NCBI GenBank assembly: GCA_020536535.1
Contig: JAHLWZ010000034.1
Span: 10,827 to 74,826, forward strand
Length of the DNA: 64,000 bases
Direction: 5' to 3'
Source: Pelomyxa schiedti
Taxonomy: Eukaryota > Protista > Evosea
The position numbers and the translations under genes were made by a program. The notes under the pieces are model-generated. The model did no database searches, was not told the origin of the DNA, and saw nothing but the letters and a program-made list of their open reading frames with translations. Positions 39,131-50,264 of this stretch are shown here, piece after piece; positions within the stretch are counted from its first letter, which is position 1; every line of letters starts with the position of its first letter.

Positions 39131-40438
39131 TTATGGTTCGGCTCCTTGTTCTCGTGCAAGGCTGATGATGTCTCCTAGTACACCTGCGGCTGTGCAAGGT
39201 CCACCGGCGCCATGGCCACTTAGTATTAGGGGTATGTCAGGGTGCACAGCGGTTCTGAACAGGAGATAGGCAGCTCCACTGGCTGGTGCTGACCCCTTTG
39301 GCACTTCAACCAGCCCAACGGTTATTGTGCACTTGCCGATGTTCTCGCCACTGCGGATCTTCTCGATCCGGGCCATGTACTTTAATGTGGCGCCATGTGA
39401 GACAGCAAGGGCACTCCGTCTGGCGATGTCTTCATCCATGGCCTCCAGCCCAGAAAGAAATTCTTCGGGTCCAACTTTGGGATCCGCTAGAGCAGGGGGG
39501 TACAGTGACTCGAGTTTAACATCCGTTGGCTCCATGTGCCATCCTGCCATTCGGGCAAGAATCAGAACTTTTCTGCCAACATCAGCACCAGCCAAATCGT
39601 CTCTGTTGAAGAGGTTAGAAAAGAAGTTCCTTTCCATGAGATCGATGAACCTGGGGTGTGGTTCAGTGTATCCTGATTCTTTGGCTGTCCTAACAGCCTT
39701 CGAAAAAGGAACACCTTTTTCAACCTCAGACAGCACATAAGCCAGTGTTCCTGATAGTTGTCCTTCAATAGCTAAAATCTAACCTCAGAGTAAAAATCTT
39801 GGCTGTATTTTATTATGAGGTTTACCTCGTCAGATGTGTCCATGATGTACCTTAGCATGGCAATCACAGGAATGCCTCCTCCAACTGTCGACTCATGGCG
39901 CACGCGTGGGTTGCTAATAAGACGTGCACACTGTGCCCAGGGGCCAGCAAGGGGTTTTTTATTTGCAAGAACCACGCGGAATCCCAAATCGAGACCCAAC
40001 ACCAACGCCGCTTGAGTTAAAGGTGAAGCAGTGACATCTACTAGTACTTTCAGTGCCTCTGGCAAAAACCTATCAATGTGTGCAGAAAAGTTCCTCACGA
40101 TTTCCTCAAGTTGGTGTGTCGGACCGCCCTCAGTGTTAAGCTAAGCATAAATTGTAAGGGAAAAAAAAAAGGGCAGTTAAGAGGGAGCCGCGACACACCC
40201 TGTTTGTTCGTGCCTTGCACTCCAAAGCAGCCACGAATTCTGCCCTGGGAGAAATGCCACCAGACAAACCCACAACCGACGAGGAATCAACCCAGCCAAC
40301 AATCTCCACCGTTGCACCAACGGCATTTCGCCATCCGGCCAGCGTCTCAACATCAACCAACTTCTTCACAACCGCAGTTCCAACCAACCCAGCGCCGATG
40401 ACCACAACGGCCACTCGTACGTGTTTGTGAGAAGACAT
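39131..40438 (-). CDS. Monofunctional homoserine dehydrogenase
   Basis: Rossmann GAGLVG, VLVDVT, VLANKK, HESTVGGGIPVI, GYTEPHP|RDDLAGADVGRKVLILAR, GAGGPCTAAGVLGDI. Confidence 0.93.
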
Positions 40439-40628
40439 CGCCTTGCTCGAGCAAAGGAGGATTTTTTGGGCAAAATTCGAATTGTTTTTCTTTCTCCTTC
40501 GGAGACTGATCGGTACCATAATTTTTTTCGGAGGTCCACTCTGGCTCGGTAAGTATTCTGCTCTGAACAGTTCAGTGTTCCTGTGATTGTTTCACGCCTG
40601 CTAATATCTGAAAACCATTGGAGAACAT

Positions 40629-40667
40629 CTCAGTGGATGATGAGGTTTTTTTTTTTCATCCACTGAG
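40629..40667. repeat. Perfect 12-bp inverted repeat (hairpin) with T-rich loop
   Basis: CTCAGTGGATGA (40629-40640) / TCATCCACTGAG (40656-40667). Confidence 0.9.
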
Positions 40668-40848
40668 TTGCCGTGACAACTGTTTTTATGCCATGTAAGG
40701 AGCGATCTGAAATCGAGATTACGAACAAAGAGCAAAGAGCGGAACCCACACGGAGGTTGACCTCAAAACTGAATTTATAGTGATTTATTTTCACATAGGC
40801 CTTTCTATTGTTTGTCTGGCACTATAATAGGGCTGACCTTCATAATCT

Positions 40849-40884
40849 ACATCATGGTAACTTCCTCGGAAGTTACCATGATGT
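40849..40884. repeat. Perfect 17-bp inverted repeat, 2-nt spacer
   Basis: ACATCATGGTAACTTCC-TC-GGAAGTTACCATGATGT. Confidence 0.95.
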
Positions 40885-41219
40885 GCACTTGGCAGGATTG
40901 CACAATTTTCGCCAGCTGGTGTGCGACCACAGCGCTTCTTTTTCTGAGGGCTAATGACGGCGTTCCGCTCTGTTGATAATTTCCACCAGCCAAATGGTGT
41001 TCAACTTCGATTCTTCTTCCTATGGGGCACACAAGGGAACCTTCCGAAGCCAACCCTTGGATTCTGAACCAGAGGTGAAGAGATTCGAATTGGTTGATGG
41101 GTTAGAACAGTTGCAGCGAAAACAAATTTGCGTCGCAAGTAGATCTCAACAAGGACACCGCAACACCGGTATTAGTATCGCATCTCCCGAATTACCGCCC
41201 AACACACGTAGTTAACAAG

Positions 41220-43437
41220 ATGTTGTTCGACGAGTATGGCAGGCCCTTCATCATCGTGAAAGAGCAACAAAATGGGAGAAGAAAACTCAAGGGGACAGAG
41301 GCCACAAAGGTCTTTTGTATAGTTTCGTTTGTCATGCTCAACTGTGGGTTTTTTTCCTATTGCAGGACCACATTCTCGCAGCCAAAGCAGTAGCTGCAAC
41401 ACTTCGCACTTCCCTTGGACCCAAAGGTGCCTTTTTTTCCCCGAGACTCTTCTTCGCTTAACAAATAACTGCAATAAATAGGCATGGATAAAATTTTTGT
41501 TGGTCCTGATGGAGACGTTACAATAACCAATGATGGCGCAACCATCCTAAGTGAGATGCAGGTTCGCACGAGAGATACAGTTTCATTTTCAACCTTCCAC
41601 CACAGGTGGAGCACCCTATTGCAAAGTTGATGGTTCAGTTATCTAAATCTCAAGACGATGAAACCGGTGACGGTACAACTGGGGTAGTTGTTTTTGCGGG
41701 AGCTTTACTAGAGCAAGCTGAAGCACTTCTAGATAAGGGCATTCACCCAACAAGGTACTCCTTCCCTTGAACTCAGTCCAGTGTAGTTTATATTTTTGGC
41801 AGGATATCTGCTGGATACGAGCAAGCTTGTAATGTTGCAGTCGAACATCTAAAGACCATAAGAACAACAACAGAGTGGTCACCCACCTCACTTGAGCCCC
41901 TGATCCACGCCTGTTGTACCGCACTTTGCTCAAAAGTGTGAGTGCCCAAGAATTAATTTCCTGCTTCTTACTCCTCCTACAGTGTTAACCGACTGCAGAG
42001 GCAGCTTGCCGAAATTTGTGTGAAAGCAGTTTTAGCTGTTGCTGATCTTACACGGAAAGATGTTTGTAGTTTTGTGACTTTCGAGAAATAACTTTTGCAG
42101 GTGAACCTGGACTTGATCAAAATTGAAACGAAGGTTGGTGGTACTCTAGAAGACACCCAACTTATAAACGGAATTGTCATCGACAAGGATTTCAGTCACC
42201 CACAGATGCCAAAAGTGATTAGTTTTAGTTTCAGTGCTCAACACTTACACTGCACAGATAGTGAACGATGCCAAAATGTGTATTTTGACATGCCCATTTG
42301 AACCCCCAAAGCCAAAGACCAAGCATGGAGTTCATGTTTCCACTGTAGCAGCTTACCAAAAATTGTTTGAGGAAGAACAGGAGTCAGTGTCCTTTTTTCT
42401 TAAACAAAACCCTCACCACTTTAGGTATTTCCGCGATATGGTTGCCAAGGTGAAGGCCTCAGGCTGCAACTTAGCAATTTGCCAATGGGGTTTTGATGAC
42501 GAAGCAAACCACTTGCTACTCCAAAACAACCTTCCAGCTGTCCGGTGGGTTGGTGGTGTTGAACTTGAGGTATTACATCCTTTTACATTTTCCGATATCA
42601 CTCACCTGTGGCCAAGCTAATTGCTATTGCCACTGGTGGCCACATTGTACCCCGATTCTCTGAATTAACTCCAGAAAAACTTGGAAGGGCCAGAGTTGTA
42701 AGGGAACTGAGCTTTGGAACTACTAAGGATCACATGCTTGTAATTGAGGGCTGTGCCAATTCTAAAGCAGTAACAATTTTCATTCGTGGCGGAAATAAAA
42801 TGGTAGCCTTCCCTTTTTTTTATTGATCCCTATTAATTCCTAAAGATGCTTGACGAAGCTAAAAGAAGTATTCATGATGCTTTGTGTGTTGCACGAAACT
42901 TCATTCGTGATAACACAGTTGTTTACGGTGGAGGCGCCGCTGAAATGTCTTGTTCCATTGCTGTAGCCGAGGCTGCTGATAGGGTGCGTGCGTGTTGTTG
43001 TTTCTATGCATTTATTTTTTTTTTTTTTGCAAAAATAGATTACAGGAGTTGAGCAATATGCTGTGCGCGCCTTCTCTGATGCCCTGGATGCCATTCCGGT
43101 TGCTCTTGCAGAAAACTCTGGCTTGCCCCCACTGGAGACAGTGGCTTCAGTCAAAGCAAGACAAGTAGCCGAGAGGTGCTCACGATTGGGCATTGACTGC
43201 AATGGTGTTGGCACCAATGGTACTTTCTTAGTTTCTCAGAGAAACCAAACTAATTGTTGGTTAAGACATGTTGCAGCAGCACGTTACAGAGCCTTTTAGC
43301 TCCAAGGCACAGCAGTTCCTTTTAGCCACTCAAGTTGTCAAGATGATTTTGAAAATCGATGGTACTACAACTTTATCACCCACTCTTCTCACATGTTATC
43401 TCCAGAGGTTGTCAATCTCGGCCATGACGACGAGTAA
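41220..43437 (+). CDS. CCT5: Chaperonin CCT/TRiC subunit epsilon
   Basis: [88 protein letters not shown]. Confidence 0.97.
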
Positions 43438-43773
43438 GTTTTGTGTTGGCCAGTGACATTAAGTTGGACTAAAACAAAATGCTTTACTCCTTTTTTGTGG
43501 GAGGAGGGTTACCTACACCCGGCTAAGGGGATAAAGACAGTCCATGGCAAAAAGTCGCTTCGAGAGTTCAATCTCATGAATGGAACAAAAAATACCGCAA
43601 CTCGGTGGTCTAACAAACAAGTTGTGAAAGAGAGACGAATCACACGCGCCAGTGGAGTCACCTTGATGAGAGGGTCGTTTTTCGCACCCCAACACAACAA
43701 TAAGCACGAAAAACAGGGAAAAGATTTTTTTTTTTCTTTAGGTCCAGAGCCTGTAAGTCGCCTCCTCTCCCCG

Positions 43774-44754
43774 TTAGAAATAGGCAGTGTCTCCGTCCTG
43801 GCGGCCATAGAATGCCCAGTTCTCGTAGAGCCTTCGCGCAGTCCTCAGCGACCCACCCCTGCAATCAACGAAAATGTGTATCCCACTCAGAACGTGGTGC
43901 TCAGAGTAGATGGCAGAATCGCTGTCAAGGTGGCGGATCACTGCGGACTTGCCATTCCCGTAGACAGTGCTGGAGTAAGTACTAACAGCAGAAAGCAGGT
44001 CTTGGAGGTCGCCGCCGCCGACGCCTGCGGCTTTGCTCACCACACACCCCCACAGGCGATCCTTCTCAGCCTGCTTGTCGATTTGAAGCTGAAGTGCGGC
44101 CAACTCCTTGTTCAAGTCGGTTATCTGCCTGTGTAATGTGGAAATATCGAAGTCTCCGATGCTGTGGGGGGCAATGTCCTGAGGGAAAGCGCTATGCACA
44201 AAGGTCTTGAGGGCTACCACGTTCGCGTTGTTACTTATCACGTGGTCTGTTGCCCCGGTTGCATCAGCAATGATCGGCATGAAGAAGTACCCCAGGGGTG
44301 CCGGAATGCTCTTCTTCGCGCACATGCTTGCAAAGCAGATTTGGATCTTGGCCTGTTCCAACCCTGGGTCCCTGTTGAAGATGCAGTAGTACTGCGGCTT
44401 TGTCCCCTGCACAGCTTCCAAGAACGTCTTCAAAAGCATCGCGTCCTCGCCAGCCAGGCGGCCTTTGTCAACATTGAAGACGAACATGATGACGAACTTT
44501 CCACCGGGGTTGAGCTGGTTTTTGATTGCCGTTGCTTTTTCGTGGCCATCGAACGGGTCGTTCACCCCTGGTGTGTCAATGTATGTGACGTCACCAAGGG
44601 TGAGTGCAGTGCACTCTGTGGTAACACCACACAGATCCTTAGAGTTACCAGAGTGAAAAGACACAGACGAGAAGATTGCGTTGAGGAGTGTGCTCTTTCC
44701 ACCTCCAGGGTTTCCCAAGAAAACCACAAAGTGACGGGAGACCACGCTTGACAT
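43774..44754 (-). CDS. Intronless AIG1/GIMAP-like (septin-superfamily) GTPase with coiled coil and unknown C-terminal domain
   Basis: GNPGGGKS (G1), GVTT (G2), DTPG (G3), GRL..ED; heptad HRQITDLNKELAALQLQIDKQ. Confidence 0.82.
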   Translation of the reverse strand: MSSVVSRHFVVFLGNPGGGKSTLLNAIFSSVSFHSGNSKDLCGVTTECTALTLGDVTYIDTPGVNDPFDGHEKATAIKNQLNPGGKFVIMFVFNVDKGRLAGEDAMLLKTFLEAVQGTKPQYYCIFNRDPGLEQAKIQICFASMCAKKSIPAPLGYFFMPIIADATGATDHVISNNANVVALKTFVHSAFPQDIAPHSIGDFDISTLHRQITDLNKELAALQLQIDKQAEKDRLWGCVVSKAAGVGGGDLQDLLSAVSTYSSTVYGNGKSAVIRHLDSDSAIYSEHHVLSGIHIFVDCRGGSLRTARRLYENWAFYGRQDGDTAYF

Positions 44755-45177
44755 TGGTACTGGGTTGTTTTTGTTTTTGTTGTTATTGCTTGTGTTTTTT
44801 TGTGGTTTTGTTTTAGCAAATATAAAGGCCGAAAGAACCCCCAATTTGCGCTTGCCGGCAAGTTAATGTTCGAGATTAAAAATACACCAGATATGTGGAT
44901 TATTTTTAGTTCTGTGGCCAAGTTGATGGTGGAAGAAAGCAGTTCAGTGTTGTGTCTTGTTCTTCTGTGGTAATAACATATGACTGGCCGTGCCACAGAC
45001 TCCTTCCTTCACAAATCTTGCGGTCTGCTCAATCTAACTCTGCACAGTTGGTGATTGGGACCTTCGCTGCTTCTAACTTTGTCAATTTCCCTGCGGGACT
45101 CGTGTAATGAAACCTGTGGCGCAGTCTCCCTCTGTTTCTTCGGGGAAAACCAGCCAACTTGGGGGAACCCAAAAAAA

Positions 45178-48109
45178 ATGGACAGCCGGCCATTGTGCAA
45201 GTACGGGAGGTCTTGCTTCCGTAAGAACCCAGACCACCTTGCTAAGTTCTCCCATAAGTTTCCACCTCTGCCCGCTGCCGCCGCCTCGACAGCAGCGCCC
45301 ACCCCGCCCACGTCGTCATGCACCACTCTTTCCCTCAGCAGCCCCACCAAGCGCAAGGTTGGTTCTCCAACTCGTTCCAAACTGTCGACTCCGCCTAGGC
45401 TGCTTCGTCGCCCGTCGTTGTTGTTCACGCTCTCGCCGTCGTCGCAGTCCCTGGAGGACTCCGCATTTGGCCGCGACACCAAGTCCCATAACCGCGAGGG
45501 CGACACCGAGGAGGACAACGACGAAGACGAGTACACCTCGGACGACTCGGCGCGCAAAAAGAAGAGCCGCAAGAGGCCGCCCCCGCCGAGGCCCAGGGTG
45601 GTCGTCGACGCATCATCTTCCGCGAAGAGGGGTGGGAAGGGGGCCTCGAGGATTGACAGTGACAGTGACAATGATAATGATTCTGATGGAGGAGGAGGGG
45701 GAGGTTCTGGTGCTATTTTTGGGTCTGGAGGAGGAGGAGATTCTGGCAAGAGCGCGATCAGTGGAAAGACTGTGTGTTTTTCTGGTGGACTGGCTGGAAT
45801 GGTGAGGCGAGTGTGTAAGGAAAAGGCACTGAACCTGGGTGCTTTTGTTAGTGACACTCTGACCAAGAAGGTCGATATCTTGTTCATAGGTTCATTTACT
45901 CCCAAAACAAAACCCGTAGTTGTGAGGGATTGTTTTAAGTAATTGGGTTTTGCCCTCTCTGGCTTTGGCGCTTTGTATTTCTGAATACTTCTCATCATTT
46001 CAGGGGATACACCTGGATCCAAGCTTGATAGGGCAAGGGATCTTGGAATTAAAGTAATGACAGAAGATGACTTCAAGGCCATTTTAGAGGGATCGTTCAC
46101 TGAGGGTGGCTGTTCTCCCCAAATAGATCTGTATAGTTTCTCATTTTACAAGGTCCTACCCCAAAGAAGCTCAAATCCGTTTCAACAACCACTGAACCAA
46201 TACCAGTGTGGAAAACTGCCAGCAAAATCCCAGTAAAGAGCACTCCCGCTAAAGAATCTGGAGAATCTTCTGAGGATGAACTAGAAGATTTCCACCCGCA
46301 AACATCAACCACAACCACTACAGCAACAATTACAGTCGTTCACACTGATTCCACACCGCTGAACCCTCCCAGAATTCAGACAACTACTATTCCCTCCAGT
46401 TCCACATCCAATTCTTCGCAACAGGTTTCTCCCCAAAAAATCTATCCTCTCTCACATTTCCAGAATAATAAACCTCCCTGTTTCTATGGTGCTTCATGCT
46501 ACAGAAAAAATCTCTCACATTTTGAAAAGGTTGGACTATTCTACATATTTTGGACTAATCTTCTTCCAGTATTCTCACCCACCAATGGCTGGCGGTATCC
46601 CAGGAATGAAGAACCCGGAGAATTCAAATGCAAAAGAACCCTCTGTCCCTGTCCCTACTACACATATTTTACCTCGAAAGCAAGTAATGGAAGAAACGGA
46701 GGCACATTCACCTAGTGCAACCGAATCTGATGTAAATATTGAACATGAAAAAGAAACGGCAGGTAACCCCACTCCTAACTAAACAGCCAAATTTATTAAA
46801 GTACGAAGATGAGGCAAAAAGTCGGCCAAAAGCTCTCCATGAACTAACCCCTGGACAAATTGTGGATATTCAGTCCTCAACATCGTCTACTGTGTACCAG
46901 ATAAAACGTGTGGGAGACCACTACTACTGTACCTGTCAAGCTTGGAAGAATCAAAATGCACCAGTTGACAGGTAAATCATGCAATTAATTTAGAGGAGCT
47001 TGATTTATTATTTAGTCGGTCATGCAAACATTTACATGATTACCTTGGTGACGCTTTCGAAAAGTGGCGTATGGGGCCTGATGCTGGTTCCTACAAGAGA
47101 CCAGTGGCGAAAGTAAACCGCACGATACCAGAATTGCTGTTGGCTCACAAGTGGGAAGAGAGCCAGGACCCGACGGGGTGGTGGATGTCCGAAAAATTGG
47201 ATGGCGTGCGTGCCTTCTGGAATGGCCAGGTGAGACTTAAATGAAACTCCCAACACAGTACAAAACCGAGGCAACACTGACGTTGCCCAGTGCTTTCTTT
47301 CTCGATTGGGGAATGTCTTTGCTGCTCCAAACTGGTATGTACAGGGCTTACCTAGTGACCTATGTCTGGACGGGGAGCTATGGTGCGGGCGCGGAAAGTT
47401 CCAGGAAGCTGTGAGCATTGTTAAGACCATGAACTCCCCTCAGTGGCCAAGTGTTTCGTATCAAGTGTTTGACGCCCCAATGGTTGATAACGGGAAAGCT
47501 CCATTTGAGGAGCGAATAGAGAGAGCAAAAAAAGCTCTCGCGGCCGGAAACCCTCAGCACGCCACTGTTATTGAACACAAAATGTGCAAGGGAAAAGCCC
47601 ACTTAATGGCGGAGCTCAAGCGAGTATGGTCCCTCCTCTCTTCAGCTACTATTCCCTGTAACAACTTTATACAGATTCAAAGCTTCGGGGGTGAGGGCGT
47701 CATGCTGCGCAAGCCGGGATCGCATTATGTCCAGGGCCGGTCTACCACGCTCCTGAAAGTGAAAACATTCCACGATGCCGAGGCCAAAGTTCTCGGGTGT
47801 GCATATTCCCGTATAACCGTTCTCTCTGCATCAAACCTTACTTGAACCCCCGCCAGATATGAAGACGGAAAAGGGAAGCACAAAGGGAGAGTTGGGGCCC
47901 TCCAAGTGGAATTCCCCAACGGAAAACACTTCAAAATAGGCACTGGGTTGTCTGACCGTGACAGGGAGCACCCCCCGCCCATTGGTTCATTTGTCACGTT
48001 CCGCTATCAGGAGCTCACACCGGATGGAATTCCTCGCTTCCCCGCTTTTGTATCCCAGAGGCATGATATGGACCAAGCCAGTTTCACCAAGCAGCTTATT
48101 CACCCTTAG
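45178..48109 (+). CDS. PBZ-BRCT-PBZ-SWIM-fused minimal ATP-dependent DNA ligase
   Basis: PBZ RPLCKYGRSCFRKNPDHLAKFSH; BRCT SGKTVCFSG..GAFV..|GDTPGSKLDRARDLGIKVMTE; PBZ KPPCFYGASCYRKNLSHFEK|YSH; SWIM YYCTCQAW..|SCKHL; ligase motifs SEKLDGVR, LDGEL, YQVFDAP, EGVML, LLKVK, PRFP. Confidence 0.92.
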
Positions 48110-48169
48110 ATTATTCCCGAAAATAAAGAATAAAGTATCAACAACAACTTTCTGTTTTTATTTGTTGGT

Positions 48170-50158
48170 TCATGGAGCAGAGGGGATATTTACAAGACCC
48201 CACTCCACAACAACAATGTTATCTCGTGGGATAGTGGTGTTACACACTGACACACCAAGCATGGAGGGTGGAAGTGGCGATTCGAATGTTGTGGGGTGTT
48301 TGACTTTACACCCTTGCCATAGAATCCAGATGCGGTGGACTTGAACATTAGTTGTTGTGGGGCCTAGAGATTCAATTTGGAGTGGAGCTCGCGTGTTAAC
48401 CACAGCTTCTGGCACAAATCTGTACTAGAAATTAGCGGGAGACAAATGATCAGGGACGGAGACCTAAACAAGATGTAGGGAGTGTTCAGAAATTTGTCCA
48501 GGGAGTAGGTAATGAGGTCCGTTCTCTCTCGAACTGGAAGGCCTGTTAAAGTGAGTTGAGCATCCAGGAAGTCGGCGGCCTTGGATCCCTGGAGCACAGT
48601 AAATACGCCAATAAAGTGTTTTACAAAATCTCACTTCAATGCAAAACACTTGAGCAGATAAAGAGTGAATTCCAAGATCCGGGTCTGTAGTACTAACGTC
48701 AGCTTCCCAAAAGAGATAGGCGTGAGAAGTAGTTCTAGTATCCATAGGACAAGTTATTATTCCACTTCTATTCAGTTCCAGTTTCCAAGAAACTGTTTCA
48801 TAGGGCCCCTTTATACATATCAAAAGAAAAAAGACTCACAATAGTAGCTTACCTGAGGGGATGTTGCTTGTGGATGGGGGTGAAGAACTGTAAAATGCAT
48901 ACCCTTGACGGTGAGTGTTGTGGTCAAGTTCCAGGAAGACTCAGTGGTAGAGTTGGTTGGGGGGAAAAAACATATCACTGGTTTGCATAGCCTAAGGACA
49001 AGATGAAGCGTAGATTCCTTAGCTACGTTGTTGTCTGCCAGGGTGCTGTCAGGGTCCAGCTGCTTTCCCCCAAAAATTAAACGCTTTTTCCCAGAAAGAA
49101 CTCCAAGTCAGGAAACAGGGAGGAATATTGAGTGCGACAACCTGTTGGTTTATGGGGGTTCCAGTCTGCACTTGAATCAGTAGCATTAGCCACCCCAGAG
49201 TACAGTCAGGGCTTACAGTGAAACTGTGTATTTGTCCTGAAAGGCTCTTGACGAACAATTGCATGCTGCAAGTGTCATTTTGGTAATCAGTGGGAAGAGG
49301 GGGACCACTGATTCCCATTGGGAAGTTTACTTGGCACGCCTGGGTCGAACATGACCAAGGAATGGGAAAGAAGAAGTCTTACAGTGGGATAAATTCGGGA
49401 GCCATCAATGCGGAGTTGAACTGCACTATCAGCAGAACCAAAAAGAAAAGAAATAGCCCGGATAAGCTCTGGGGCAACTGGAGACACTTCCGTTGCGTTC
49501 CATTGTAGCTCCACTGACAAGCCACAAGGAAGAACCACATTGAAAGTGGAAGGATTGGAGTGTGAATTTTCATGCTCCACGTTTTTGAATTTGATCCAAC
49601 TCGCGAGGGCTTGCTCAGCAACCTGCCTGAGGAGAGTGAGGGCATAGAATTTGAAGATGAAGAGATCACCTGCTTGGATAACGTACGGCTGTAAGAACTA
49701 AACACGGCTCACATAAGTTCCAGTCACACACTGTGCAAGTAAACCTCTTTGCTGGGTTTCTCCCAGCACAGTGAGAGCAAGACCAGTTACTTTCTGTAAG
49801 CCGAATACACATCAGTCAAATCAGGAGAGGGGAAAGAGGAAGCCTTACCCAAGTCATATTGAATAAGTTTCAAGGGGTGCTGATGTGGAACCCTTTGACA
49901 GGCCTCACACTGGTCATAGTCAAAACAAATTCCACACCTTTAATAAAAGTTTAGAGAGGAACCAGCATACAATGGTCTGGTGGTCGACGCAAAAAAAAAA
50001 AAAAAAAAAAAAGAGACACACCTAAAACGTGGGTTTCTCTGTGATAGGTGTGCAGAGTGGCAAACGTTACAGAACCAATTATGCGGTACCGTGACTTCAT
50101 GCATTGGGTGGCTATGCACACAATCGGAGATCTGGCTTGCTGTTGTGGCTGCCGACAT
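48170..50158 (-). CDS. Cys/His zinc-finger (DC1/ZZ-like) + ubiquitin-like domain + 'KPVIY' uncharacterised domain fusion
   Basis: HSHPM..WFCNVC..FR|[38 protein letters not shown]; Ubl [12 protein letters not shown]|[20 protein letters not shown]; then [37 protein letters not shown]. Confidence 0.82.
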
Positions 50159-50264
50159 TCGATCTCACACTTCACGTTTTCTTTAGAGTTGTGTGCCGTA
50201 CGCCCATCTTTTTATTCAACGCCAAAATCCAATTCGGAACCGTCTTGTTTTTTTTTTCCTCACT

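Larger units (their letters stand above)
40580..41070 (+). ncRNA. Candidate box C/D snoRNA cluster, including a U14-like unit (~40953-41067)
   Basis: Several C-box-like (ATGATGA, ATGATGT, ATGACG) ... CTGA pairs at ~70-115 nt spacing; TTTCCACCAG and CCTTGGAT-T-CTGA resemble U14 domains A and B. Confidence 0.3.

Noticed and set aside
45009-46100. 363-aa minus-strand ORF
   Set aside because: Antisense shadow of the GC-rich PBZ-BRCT exons; no motifs
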